Source: an uncultured Phycisphaerales bacterium (lineage in GTDB: Bacteria; Planctomycetota; Phycisphaerae; Tepidisphaerales; Tepidisphaeraceae). From it: 64,000 nucleotides of DNA. Location of the stretch: positions 320,001 to 384,000 of the forward strand of contig CAWJPJ010000008.1 of assembly GCA_963844715.1 (NCBI GenBank), given 5' to 3'. Shown piece by piece: positions 37,102 through 46,531 of this stretch (within the stretch, counting starts at the first letter, position 1; every line of letters starts with the position of its first letter). Made by a program: the position numbers and the translations under genes. The notes under the pieces were generated by a model. That model was given only the letters and a program-made list of their open reading frames with translations. It was not told where the DNA came from and searched no databases.

Positions 37102-38055
37102 ATGGGAGCCGTGTCGATGCGTAAAAGCGTTGCGTTGTGGTCGGGCATACGCGCTGGTGGTGGCGCTGGCGGTGCTGGGGATCTGGCTTTATGGGCGCAT
37201 GCAATTGACGCCTCCGACGGCGCTGGGGCTGGACCCGGCAAATCTGGCGCCGCTTTCCCCGCCGACGATTTCTCCGCCGGTGGTCGCCGCGACCCAGCCG
37301 AGCGACGCCTCGGCGGATTACCGCCAGGCGTGGCTGGACTACCAGGCGAACACCGACCCATACGATACCTTTGCACTGAACCCGAGCGATCCGCCGCCAA
37401 CGGGGGTGGCGCTGATCCTGGCGCTTCGGGCAAGGCGAGCGCCGCGGTCTTTGCCGATCATCCGGCCGACATCGTGGACTATCAGGCGGATCATCCGGCG
37501 CTGGACCAACTATGCGAACTGGCCCGCACGATCGATCGCGCCGGGCTGCGGCTGAAGCTGCTCAATCAAACCGACAAGGCGATCCAATATTTCCAATCGG
37601 TCTACGCCCTGGGCGAAAAGTTGTACGACGAGCGCCTGACTTACGATGAATATTCCAAGGGACTTTCCCTGATGAACGAATCGACGGTGGCGATGGCGGA
37701 TTGCGAGCCGGCGGATCGCGCGGCGCAATTGCGGCGACTGGAGAGCGCCATGCGCGATTACGACGCCAACCATGTGCAGCCGATCTATCAGGCCCTGGTC
37801 AGTGCCGAGCAGGAGGACATCGCCTTGCATGCGGGGGATATTTTTGCCTTCGCGACAGGTTCCAAAGAGCGCATGTTCCGGGTGGAGGCGATTTTGGCTC
37901 TCGGGCGGCTGAAATTCGACGCGGCCCGCGGCGCGGATCAGCAGGCGGCGCCGGCTTGCATCGAAAATGCCTCAACCGACCCGGACCCCGTAATCCAGGC
38001 GGCCGCCACGGCGGCGGGGGACCTTAGCGTCGAGGATTACCGGCAAATCCATTGA
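37102..38055 (+). CDS. Hypothetical membrane-anchored helical/HEAT protein (frameshifted)
   Basis: TM anchor, ATQP linker and C-terminal DPDPVIQAAA HEAT-like motif. Confidence 0.5.
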   Translation: MGAVSMRKSVALWSGIRAGGGAGGAGDLALWAHAIDASDGAGAGPGKSGAAFPADDFSAGGRRDPAERRLGGLPPGVAGLPGEHRPIRYLCTEPERSAANGGGADPGASGKASAAVFADHPADIVDYQADHPALDQLCELARTIDRAGLRLKLLNQTDKAIQYFQSVYALGEKLYDERLTYDEYSKGLSLMNESTVAMADCEPADRAAQLRRLESAMRDYDANHVQPIYQALVSAEQEDIALHAGDIFAFATGSKERMFRVEAILALGRLKFDAARGADQQAAPACIENASTDPDPVIQAAATAAGDLSVEDYRQIH

Positions 38056-38138
38056 CGCGGTTGCGAGACATGGCGAATGGTTACGATAGGATGCGAGCCG
38101 ACGGATCGCCATCGGTTGGGTTTGCGAGGATTGTTCAA

Positions 38139-39494
38139 ATGAGGAAGCGCAAAGGGTTCACGCTCTTCGAGATGTTGATTGTGATCGGGATCATCGTGGT
38201 CCTGGCTTCGATTATTCTGGTGACCGTGAATCGCGCCCGGCGGAGCGCGGAAATCGCCTCGGAGGGTCTGGATTTTCAGGCGATCGAGGCGGCGTTGGAA
38301 AGCTACCACCATGATTTCGGATCGTACCCCAAGGATATTGCGCTGCCGTCGTGGAACACCAATGCCGGGCAGACGCCCCCGACGCAGCCTCCCGGATGTC
38401 TGACCTTGGCGCGAGCGCCGATGGGCCCCGGGCCCGGCGCCGCCCAGGCGCTGGGAACGACGAACATATTCACGGCCGGCGACGGCGCCGACGGGCCGGG
38501 CTTTCGCGTGCAAACGATGAATATTCCGGCGACCGCCAGCGGGAGTTCCGTTACCTTTAATACGCCGCTGCTGCCCGCGCAGGTTCCGACATTTGTGCAG
38601 GGACAGTCGGTCTGGTGGTTTGATCAGGAGCAGAACGTCTCGGGCATCTTTGTCCACACGCTGGCGGCGATCGTTAGCGTGACGAGTCCTACCAGCGTGA
38701 CTACAAGCGGGATTAACGGGCTCACCTGGAGCCCCGGGGCGCCGACGGCAAACGGCACGACGGGCGTATTGCGCATCGCGATCGGAAAAACCTGGGGCCC
38801 ATATTTACCGCCCGAGCGATTTCAACTCGCCTATCTCGACCCAACGCGCGTGGGCGACGCCGCGGACAATGTCGGCAACATGCACTACCCCGTATTGCTG
38901 GACCGGTGGGGGGGAGAAATCCAGTACTTTCCGGCATACGGACCGGCTACCAATCGAACTGCGCAGTCGAGCTACCCGCAGTACGCCACTCAATACGGGT
39001 TCATATCCTGGCCGCCTAATCCTTTAGGGCCGCCGATCACGGCTGGTCCGTTGTTCGGCTATGCCGCTCCGGAGGTGGTCGACACGTCGCCCGTGAAGTC
39101 GATCGCCTTTCCGTATGGGTCCTACGCGATCTATGATCAGCGCGACGGCGCTCCCGTGATCGACACGCTCAGCAGCGCCGGCCCGGAAGCGATCCCGTGG
39201 CATCTGTACACCTATGTGCATCCGCGGCCGACAACCACCGGCCAGACAACGACGGATTTGTCGCTGGCGGTGAAGTGGATGTTGGGAGATAACAATTTGA
39301 ATAACCTGATCGACAACGGGGAGAGCTACCAGAATATCCAGCCGTACATCCTGATCTCGGCCGGTCCGGATGGTCCGACTCGGTCGGATGGGGGATTCTG
39401 CGACTTTAGTCAAATCCCGAGTACTTCAGGCTCGCCGACCTATCAAAATGCCTTCAAGGCGAGCGGGAACATTTACAATTTTAACAGGCAATAG
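38139..39494 (+). CDS. Prepilin-type N-terminal cleavage/methylation domain protein (pseudopilin-like)
   Basis: RKGFTLFEMLIVIGII, LDRWG and ISAGPDG motifs. Confidence 0.8.
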   Translation: MRKRKGFTLFEMLIVIGIIVVLASIILVTVNRARRSAEIASEGLDFQAIEAALESYHHDFGSYPKDIALPSWNTNAGQTPPTQPPGCLTLARAPMGPGPGAAQALGTTNIFTAGDGADGPGFRVQTMNIPATASGSSVTFNTPLLPAQVPTFVQGQSVWWFDQEQNVSGIFVHTLAAIVSVTSPTSVTTSGINGLTWSPGAPTANGTTGVLRIAIGKTWGPYLPPERFQLAYLDPTRVGDAADNVGNMHYPVLLDRWGGEIQYFPAYGPATNRTAQSSYPQYATQYGFISWPPNPLGPPITAGPLFGYAAPEVVDTSPVKSIAFPYGSYAIYDQRDGAPVIDTLSSAGPEAIPWHLYTYVHPRPTTTGQTTTDLSLAVKWMLGDNNLNNLIDNGESYQNIQPYILISAGPDGPTRSDGGFCDFSQIPSTSGSPTYQNAFKASGNIYNFNRQ

Positions 39495-39619
39495 GATTTC
39501 TGCCGCCCGTCATCCCATTGAGTTTTCTCCATTCCTGAATCTCGTTTGCCGCCGCCAGATAGTTTTTCTACAATTTAACCGGCTGGCGGGTCGGGGATGG
39601 CGGTGCGCCCGGCGATTTC

Positions 39620-40195
39620 ATGCGACCACGAGACGAAAATAAGCACCGCTCGATCATCGCGGCGGCGGGAAGGCTCTTCGCGTCCCGGCCGTTCCACCTG
39701 GTCCGGCTCGACGAAGTCGCCCAGGCCGCCGGCGTCGGCAAGGGAACCCTTTACATCTATTTCAAGAGCAAGGAAGACCTCTACTACGGATTGATCTATG
39801 ATGGATTTGCCGACCTGGTCCGTCATTTAAAGGAACGGCTGGACCAGGACGGCCTGGAGCCGCGCGAGAAAATCCGCGTTATCGTGCATGGCCTGATCGA
39901 TTTTTCCGTGCATCACCCGCAATTGATCGAAGTCATGCGGACTGCGGGCACGCCTGACGCGGATAGCAAGTGGGGCGGTAAACGCAGGGAGCTGCTGCAC
40001 CTGATCGAGAAGACGATTCGGCAAGGGACCGGCGCCGGACGCCTCGCCGATGAAAAGCCGGAACTGACGGCTCTTTATGTGCTGTCAATGGTCCGGGCGA
40101 TACTCCTGCATGTTCCGCAACACGCGGCGGACAACGGGCTGAGCGACCATGCGGCGGGAATCATCCTGCATGGAATCGCCAAGGGACGGAGATGA
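39620..40195 (+). CDS. TetR/AcrR family transcriptional regulator
   Basis: VAQAAGVGKGTLYIYFKSKEDL HTH. Confidence 0.9.
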   Translation: MRPRDENKHRSIIAAAGRLFASRPFHLVRLDEVAQAAGVGKGTLYIYFKSKEDLYYGLIYDGFADLVRHLKERLDQDGLEPREKIRVIVHGLIDFSVHHPQLIEVMRTAGTPDADSKWGGKRRELLHLIEKTIRQGTGAGRLADEKPELTALYVLSMVRAILLHVPQHAADNGLSDHAAGIILHGIAKGRR

Positions 40196-41529
40196 CCAGG
40201 AATCGGATCATCGGAATTGTGGCGGCGGCGACGGCGATCACGTCGATGTGGGGATGGTATTACCATCGCGCCCGCGCGGCTGAATCGCAGCTTCTTGCAA
40301 CCGAGGACGTTATCCATTCCGCGGCGCAAATCGGGGACATCAATCTGAGCGTCGCCAGCACGGGGCTGGTGATTTCCAATCTCGACGTCGCGATCAAGTG
40401 CCGCGCCAGCGGGCAGATTATCAAGTTTCCCTACGACGTGAGCGATCACGTCAAGAAGGGGGATTTGCTGGTGCAGCTCGATCCGTCCGATGAGCAGCCA
40501 TTTGTGGACCAGGCGGGGGCGGAGGTGGCGATCTCGCAGGCAAGACTGGCCGAGGCGAAGCTGAACGCCCAGGTCGCGGATTTGGATTTGCAGACCGCGA
40601 CGGAGAAAGCCGACGCGGACATCACGGCCGCGCAGGTCAAGGCGACGAATCTTCGCAACACGGCGGATCGGCAGCGCACGCTGCTGGAGCAGAAGCTGGC
40701 GGCGCCGCAGGATTACGAAACGGCGCAGACGGACGCCGCCCAGGCGGACGCCGATCTTCAGGCGGCGATCATCGCCAAGCAGGAACTCAAGAGCCAGGCC
40801 GCCAGCGTCCTGGTGAAGAAGCAGGATGTCGATCTGGCCGAGGCGCAGCTCCGATCGGACCAGATCGCCCTGGCCAACGCGCAGCAGCAGTTGTCTTACA
40901 CGACGATCACGGCGCCGATGGACGGCGTGGTGGCGGACGTGGAAGTGGAACTGGGGACCATCATCTCGTCGGCGATCAGCAACGTCGGCGGCGGGACGAC
41001 GGTATTGACCCTTTCCGATCTCTCAAAAATATTCGTCAACGCTTCGGTGGATGAAAGCGACATCGGCGGCGTGCGGGTCGGGCAGCCGGTGGAGATCACC
41101 GCCGACGCCTATCCCGGCAAGGAATTCAGCGGCCAGGTCGTTCGCATCGCCACCCAGGGGGTGAATACGAGCAACGTCGTCACGTTCACGGTGAAGATCG
41201 AAGTGACCAGCCCCAACAAGGACCTGCTGAAGCCGCAGATGACGACGAACGTGAGCATCATCGAAGCGTCGCGCCGGCACGTGGTGCTGGTGCCGACGGC
41301 GGCGGTCTTCCGCAAGGATCGCGACATGTGGGTGACGGTCGTCAAGGGCGACGGTTCGACCGAAGACGAGGAAGTGCGGACCGGCGTCAACGATGGGACC
41401 AACGAGGAGATCGTCTCCGGCGTCGAGGCGGGGCAGACGGTCGTCGTCCGCCGGGGCGACGTGAACGGGCGCTGGTCGGGTCTGGGCGCGGTGCGGCCGC
41501 TGGGGCTTCCGCTGGGAGGGCGGCGGTGA
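40192..41529 (+). CDS. Efflux periplasmic adaptor (MacA-like)
   Basis: VKKGDLLVQLD, coiled-coil hairpin, ITAPMDG and VDESDIG. Confidence 0.85.
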   Translation: MTRNRIIGIVAAATAITSMWGWYYHRARAAESQLLATEDVIHSAAQIGDINLSVASTGLVISNLDVAIKCRASGQIIKFPYDVSDHVKKGDLLVQLDPSDEQPFVDQAGAEVAISQARLAEAKLNAQVADLDLQTATEKADADITAAQVKATNLRNTADRQRTLLEQKLAAPQDYETAQTDAAQADADLQAAIIAKQELKSQAASVLVKKQDVDLAEAQLRSDQIALANAQQQLSYTTITAPMDGVVADVEVELGTIISSAISNVGGGTTVLTLSDLSKIFVNASVDESDIGGVRVGQPVEITADAYPGKEFSGQVVRIATQGVNTSNVVTFTVKIEVTSPNKDLLKPQMTTNVSIIEASRRHVVLVPTAAVFRKDRDMWVTVVKGDGSTEDEEVRTGVNDGTNEEIVSGVEAGQTVVVRRGDVNGRWSGLGAVRPLGLPLGGRR

Positions 41530-42255
41530 TCATCCGCGCCGAGAACCTGGTCAAGACCTACGTTCTGGGCGGGCAAATCGTCCGCGCGCTGGACGATGTG
41601 ACCGTTGAGATCGCCGCCGGCGAAATGGTGGCGATCCGCGGGCCGTCGGGAAGCGGGAAATCCACGCTGATGAACATCCTGGGGTGTCTCGACCGCCCCG
41701 ATGACGGGCGGTATTTCCTGGCCGGTCAGGACGTTTCGGGGATGCGCAAGAACGGATTGGCGGAAGTCCGCAATCGGCGGATCGGGTTTATCTTTCAGAA
41801 TTTCAATTTGCTTCCGCGGATGAGCGCGCGCTGGAGAACGTGGAACTTCCGCTGCATTACGCGGCGCGGCATGACGCGGCCCAACGGGCCGCCGAGGCGC
41901 TGGCAACCGTGGGGCTTGCCGAACGGTCGCACCACGAGCCGAATCAACTTTCCGGCGGCCAGAGGCAGCGGGTTGCGATTGCGCGGGCGCTGGTGACGGA
42001 TCCGGCGATCCTGCTGGCGGACGAGCCCACCGGGTCGCTGGATAGCAAGACGGGCGAGGAAATCCTCGGGCTGTTCAAAACGCTCAATGCCCAGGGCGCA
42101 CCGTGCTGGTCGTGACTCACGACGCGAACGTGGCGGCGCATTGCCGGCGCGAGATTTTTCTGCGTGACGGAAAGGTCGCCGACCCCGCAGACCCGGCCGA
42201 GGGGGCGCCGCCGCCCGCGGTCGAGCCGCAGACGCTGTGGGCGGCGAGCAAGTAA
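41526..42255 (+). CDS. ABC transporter ATP-binding protein (LolD/MacB type; frameshifted)
   Basis: [17 protein letters not shown] and LADEPTG. Confidence 0.88.
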
Positions 42256-42266
42256 AAGGGCGACCG

Positions 42267-43472
42267 ATGCTTCTGTGGATGATCGTCAAAGTCGCCCTTA
42301 AGAGCCTGTCGGCGAACAAGCTTCGCTCGATGCTGGCGATGCTGGGGATCATCATCGGCGTGGGCGCGGTGATCGCCATGCTGGCGATCGGCGCCGGAGC
42401 CCGCTCGCAGGTGATCGCCCGGTTCACGGCGATGGGGACCAATCTCCTGGTCGTCCGGCCGGGGCAGCGCGCTTATGCCGGAGTCATGAACGGGACGCAG
42501 CAGAATCTCACCGTCGAGGACGCGCAGGATTTGCTGAAACTGGACGGGGTGTCTGCCGTGGCGCCGTCGGTGAGCCGCACGATGCAGATCAAATACCTGG
42601 CGCAGAATGCGCAGACCACCGTGCTGGGGACGTGCGGAGCGTATTTGCCGATCCGCGATTTCCAGATCGGAGAGGGACGGATATTCAGCGAGCAGGACAT
42701 CGATCGCTGGGCGCACGTGGCGGTCCTGGGTCCGGTGACGGTGAACAATCTCTTCGGCGCTTCCGATCCGATCGATCAGGTGATCAAAATCAACGGAATC
42801 AATTTTCGGGTCATCGGCGTGCTCAAGAGCAAGGGGGACCAGGGGTGGTTCAACCCGGACGATCAGATCATCGTCCCCTACACGACGGCGATGCACATTT
42901 TGCTCGGGGTGGTCAACATCCGCGAGATCGACATCCAGGTGGATTCGGCGGACGACGTGGACAACGTCCAGGCCGCGGTCTTCGCGGAAATTCGAAAACT
43001 GCACAAGGTCCAGCCGGGGCAGCCGGACGATGTGGAAATCCGCAACCAGGCGGAGTTTCTGCAAAGCGTGCTGGAGAGCAATCGCACGTTTCAGGTTCTG
43101 CTGGGATCGGTGGCGGGGATCTCGCTGCTGGTGGGCGGGATCGGAATTATGAACATCATGCTGGTGACCGTCACCGAGCGGACGCGCGAGATCGGCATCC
43201 GCAAGGCGATCGGCGCGCGCAATTCCGACATTCTCAGCCAATTCCTGCTCGAGGCCCTGCTGATGAGCGGCGTCGGGGGCTTGATCGGCGCCGGGGCCGG
43301 GGTTGGGACGGCGTGGCTGATCGATAACTTCACCTTCTTCCCCGCGATCGTGCAGTCGTACAGCGTCATGCTTGCGCTGGGCGTGTCTGCGGCGGTGGGG
43401 ATCTTTTTTGGGTATTATCCCGCCATGCGCGCGGCTCGGCTCGACCCGATCGAGGCGCTCCGATATGAATAA
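42267..43472 (+). CDS. ABC transporter permease (MacB/FtsX type)
   Basis: NKLRSMLAMLGIIIG, GIMNIML, ERTREIGIRKAIGA and LDPIEALRYE. Confidence 0.9.
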   Translation: MLLWMIVKVALKSLSANKLRSMLAMLGIIIGVGAVIAMLAIGAGARSQVIARFTAMGTNLLVVRPGQRAYAGVMNGTQQNLTVEDAQDLLKLDGVSAVAPSVSRTMQIKYLAQNAQTTVLGTCGAYLPIRDFQIGEGRIFSEQDIDRWAHVAVLGPVTVNNLFGASDPIDQVIKINGINFRVIGVLKSKGDQGWFNPDDQIIVPYTTAMHILLGVVNIREIDIQVDSADDVDNVQAAVFAEIRKLHKVQPGQPDDVEIRNQAEFLQSVLESNRTFQVLLGSVAGISLLVGGIGIMNIMLVTVTERTREIGIRKAIGARNSDILSQFLLEALLMSGVGGLIGAGAGVGTAWLIDNFTFFPAIVQSYSVMLALGVSAAVGIFFGYYPAMRAARLDPIEALRYE

Positions 43473-44967
43473 AAAACCAAATGGCCCCCTCCCGTCGTGC
43501 CGAAACCATCGGAAGGAGACAGAGAGCGCTCCCTCGGAGTACCGGCGGAGAGGGATGTCCAATGCAGTGCTCCTGCCGGCGTTTTGCATGTTAATTTTTG
43601 CTGGCGGGTGCGCGATCGATCAAAAGAAGGAAGTATCGATCTACCGCAAGGTGATCGATAACAACACGCCCGCCCCGGCGCGGGTGCAGCCCGGGCAGGT
43701 GGTGACGCTCACGGATGCGCTGGAGCTGGCCAATGAAAATTCCGAGAATCTCAGCGTTCAGGGTGAGAACTATCTGCAATCCCTGATCGACAAGGACAAG
43801 GCGTTCGCCGCGTTTCTCCCGACGCTTAATCTGGCCCCGACGGAGACGCTCACCAACGTCGGCACTCGCACCTGGACCGTCTCCCATGATTTGGAGGTGC
43901 CGATTGACGGGCAGATCAATTTGTTCAACGGGTTTCGAGACTATCACGCTTTGAAGGCGGCCGACGCGACGATTGAACAGCAAAAGCAACTGACTCTGGA
44001 TTTGCAGCAGACCATCCTCCTGGACGTGGCGCAGGCGTACTACCAGACTCTAACGGATGAACAGTCCGTGGAAGTGCTGAGCAATTCGGTTCAGGTTCAG
44101 CAGGCGAATCTGGAAAACATGGAAGCGCAGGCGAAGGTGGGGACGGCTTCCCCGCTGGTGGTGGCGCAGGCGCAATCGGAAGTCTCGCAGACGGTGGTCA
44201 CCCTGAATCAGGCGCGAGCGAGCGTGCGGAACGACCGGGCGATGCTGGCGTATCTGGTGGACGCTCCGATCGAGAGCAATCCCCTGCGCGACGACTTTGA
44301 GCCGCCGGCGGCGGTTCCCTCGTTGACGCAGTATATCTCGCAGGGCGAAGCCGGTCGGCAGGACCTGCTGGCCGCCAACGCGGCGGTGACGTCGGCGCGG
44401 GAAAACGTCGAGGTGCAGGTGGGGCAGTACTATCCCACGCTTACGGTTAATCTGGATTACATTCTTTACGACGAGGCTGTCGAGGGGCAGTCGTGGGAGG
44501 GGCTGATATCGGTGAATCTGCCGATTTATTCGGCTGGGTTGATCCACGCGGATATTCGGACCGCCTGGTCGCAATTCCGCCAGGCGGCGCTGACGCAATC
44601 GCAGCTGCGCCGGCAGATCGACCAGCTCGTCGAAACCGCCTTCACCAACTACGAACTGGCGATGCAGCAATTGGGCGAGTTGCAAGTCGAGGTGAAAGCC
44701 GCCCACGATGCGTATTACTACGCCGATGCGCAATACAAAGCGGGCACGCAGATTTATCTGAACGTCCTGACGGCGCAAAACACACTGCTCACGACGCAGT
44801 TGCAACTCACCGAGGCGCAGTTCAACACCAAGACCGCCTATTTCAATCTGCTGCGGACGATCGGGCGATTGAACATGGCGTCCGCGGTCTCGGCGACGCG
44901 CCCGTCGGAAGAGGAAATCCGCAACCTGGCGACGCAGCCGGCGACTCAGCCGATCTCCGGCAAATGA
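43465..44967 (+). CDS. TolC family outer membrane efflux lipoprotein
   Basis: Lipobox FAGGC, two OEP-like helical repeats; last gene of the pump operon. Confidence 0.8.
   Translation: MNKKPNGPLPSCRNHRKETESAPSEYRRRGMSNAVLLPAFCMLIFAGGCAIDQKKEVSIYRKVIDNNTPAPARVQPGQVVTLTDALELANENSENLSVQGENYLQSLIDKDKAFAAFLPTLNLAPTETLTNVGTRTWTVSHDLEVPIDGQINLFNGFRDYHALKAADATIEQQKQLTLDLQQTILLDVAQAYYQTLTDEQSVEVLSNSVQVQQANLENMEAQAKVGTASPLVVAQAQSEVSQTVVTLNQARASVRNDRAMLAYLVDAPIESNPLRDDFEPPAAVPSLTQYISQGEAGRQDLLAANAAVTSARENVEVQVGQYYPTLTVNLDYILYDEAVEGQSWEGLISVNLPIYSAGLIHADIRTAWSQFRQAALTQSQLRRQIDQLVETAFTNYELAMQQLGELQVEVKAAHDAYYYADAQYKAGTQIYLNVLTAQNTLLTTQLQLTEAQFNTKTAYFNLLRTIGRLNMASAVSATRPSEEEIRNLATQPATQPISGK
43484..43556. 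repeat. REP-like element inside the tolC 5' end (copy 2)
   Basis: Shares CCCCTC..TCGTGCCGAAAC..CGGAAG..GACAG..GAGTAC..GGAGAGGG with 11101-11176. Confidence 0.65.
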
Positions 44968-44974
44968 GAACTTC

Positions 44975-46003
44975 GTGAAAAAATTCCGCGCACTGCTTGT
45001 GGGGGCCGGGGAGATGGGAAGGCACTGGGCGCGGAACCTTCGCGATTGTCCGGAAGTAAAAACGGCCGGGTGGATGGACATCCGCCCCGGCGCGGCGGCG
45101 ACCGCAATCGAGGAACTCAAACTTACCAGCGTCGAGGCGTATGACGATCTGCCCAAAGCCCTGCGGGAATTGAAGCCGGATTTTTTGGTGGATGTGACGG
45201 TGCCTGCGGCGCATTGTCCGGTGACGCTTGCCGCCCTCGAGGCGGGCGTGCCCGTGCTGGGGGAAAAGCCGATGGCGGATTCGATGGAATCCGCGAGGAA
45301 GATGGTGCGGGCCAGCGAAAAGGCGGGGAAACTTTATATGGTCAGCCAAAGCCGGCGCTATGACGCCGGGGCGATCGCGTTTGGGGAACTAATTCGTGCG
45401 CACGTCGGGAAGCTGGGAATCCTCAACAGCGATTTCTATCTGGGGGCTCATTTCAACGGGTTTCGCGCCGAAATGAAAAGCGTGCTACTGATGGACATGG
45501 CCATTCACACATTCGACTCGGCGCGGCAAATCAGCGGGACCGATCCGGTCTCCGTCTACTGCGAGGAATACCTACCCGAATGGAGCTGGCACAAAGGTGC
45601 GGATACGGCCGTCGCTCTCTTCGAGATGACCGGGGGCTTGAGATACACCTACCGCGGAAGCTGGTGCGCGGAGGGCCTCACGACAAGCTGGGAAGCAGAT
45701 TGGCGGGCGTATGGCCCGGGCGGCGGGGCGACGTGGGACGGCAAATCGCCGCCGGTGGCGGGAATCGTCCGGGGCGAATCGGGCATGGTGCGGGAGGCGG
45801 AAACGATTATCGCGAAAATTCCGGAATTGAAATATGGCGGAATCGCCGGGTCTTTGCGGGAATTTCTGGAGGCGCTGCGCACAGGCGACAGACCGCAGGG
45901 GGAATGTCACGACAACATCAAAAGCCTGGCGATGGTCTTCGCGGCCGTTGAATCGGCGCGAGCGGGCGGACGCGCGGCGGTGTTATGTTCCGCGCGGCGC
46001 TGA
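44975..46003 (+). CDS. Gfo/Idh/MocA family oxidoreductase
   Basis: VGAGEMG, GEKP and DMAIHTFD motifs. Confidence 0.85.
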   Translation: MKKFRALLVGAGEMGRHWARNLRDCPEVKTAGWMDIRPGAAATAIEELKLTSVEAYDDLPKALRELKPDFLVDVTVPAAHCPVTLAALEAGVPVLGEKPMADSMESARKMVRASEKAGKLYMVSQSRRYDAGAIAFGELIRAHVGKLGILNSDFYLGAHFNGFRAEMKSVLLMDMAIHTFDSARQISGTDPVSVYCEEYLPEWSWHKGADTAVALFEMTGGLRYTYRGSWCAEGLTTSWEADWRAYGPGGGATWDGKSPPVAGIVRGESGMVREAETIIAKIPELKYGGIAGSLREFLEALRTGDRPQGECHDNIKSLAMVFAAVESARAGGRAAVLCSARR

Positions 46004-46374
46004 GATGAGGAGGAAGAATTTTCGGCGCGGGCGGCGGAAAATTGGACAAAAGTTGACACTTTTGAAGTGGATGGGGGTTGGGGTGGCCTGGGGCAGATGG
46101 GCGCTGGTATTTATTGAATATTCAACGGACGGGGCGATTGAACCGCAGAGCGGGTATGTTCTTTTTCGAGTTTTTCCCAAGTTGAGGTTTGGGTTCCAAT
46201 GGGCGCTGGTTTTGGCCATTTGGACCACGTTGCTGCCGGAGGTCATTGCACGAGTGATCTTCGAAGGTGGAACGAAACTCGCCGCCTGAGGCTGTCGCAG
46301 CCATCGACTAGTTTTGAGGATATCTCCGACCCGACACAAAATCCCCCGAGCCCATTTTATTGTTTATTATTAAC

Positions 46375-46402
46375 TTGACTTGTCTGGATTGGTTTGTACC
46401 AT
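46375..46402 (+). promoter_or_regulatory. Possible sigma70-type promoter for the exoprotein locus
   Basis: TTGACT-16 nt-TACCAT in an AT-rich intergenic stretch upstream of 46532. Confidence 0.3.
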
Positions 46403-46531
46403 ATTTACTTGTCATCAGTCGTAGAATATTAAGCAATTCAGGGGCGAGACGCCAAGAGTTGTTCGCACTTCTGAAGTTACTGCTATTCCCCAAGACATAA
46501 TGGTGCGATCGTTCCTTGGACGGAGGGAGCC

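Noticed and set aside
45834..46339. ORFs in the region upstream of the exoprotein
   Set aside because: No recognisable motifs and atypical composition; treated as intergenic.
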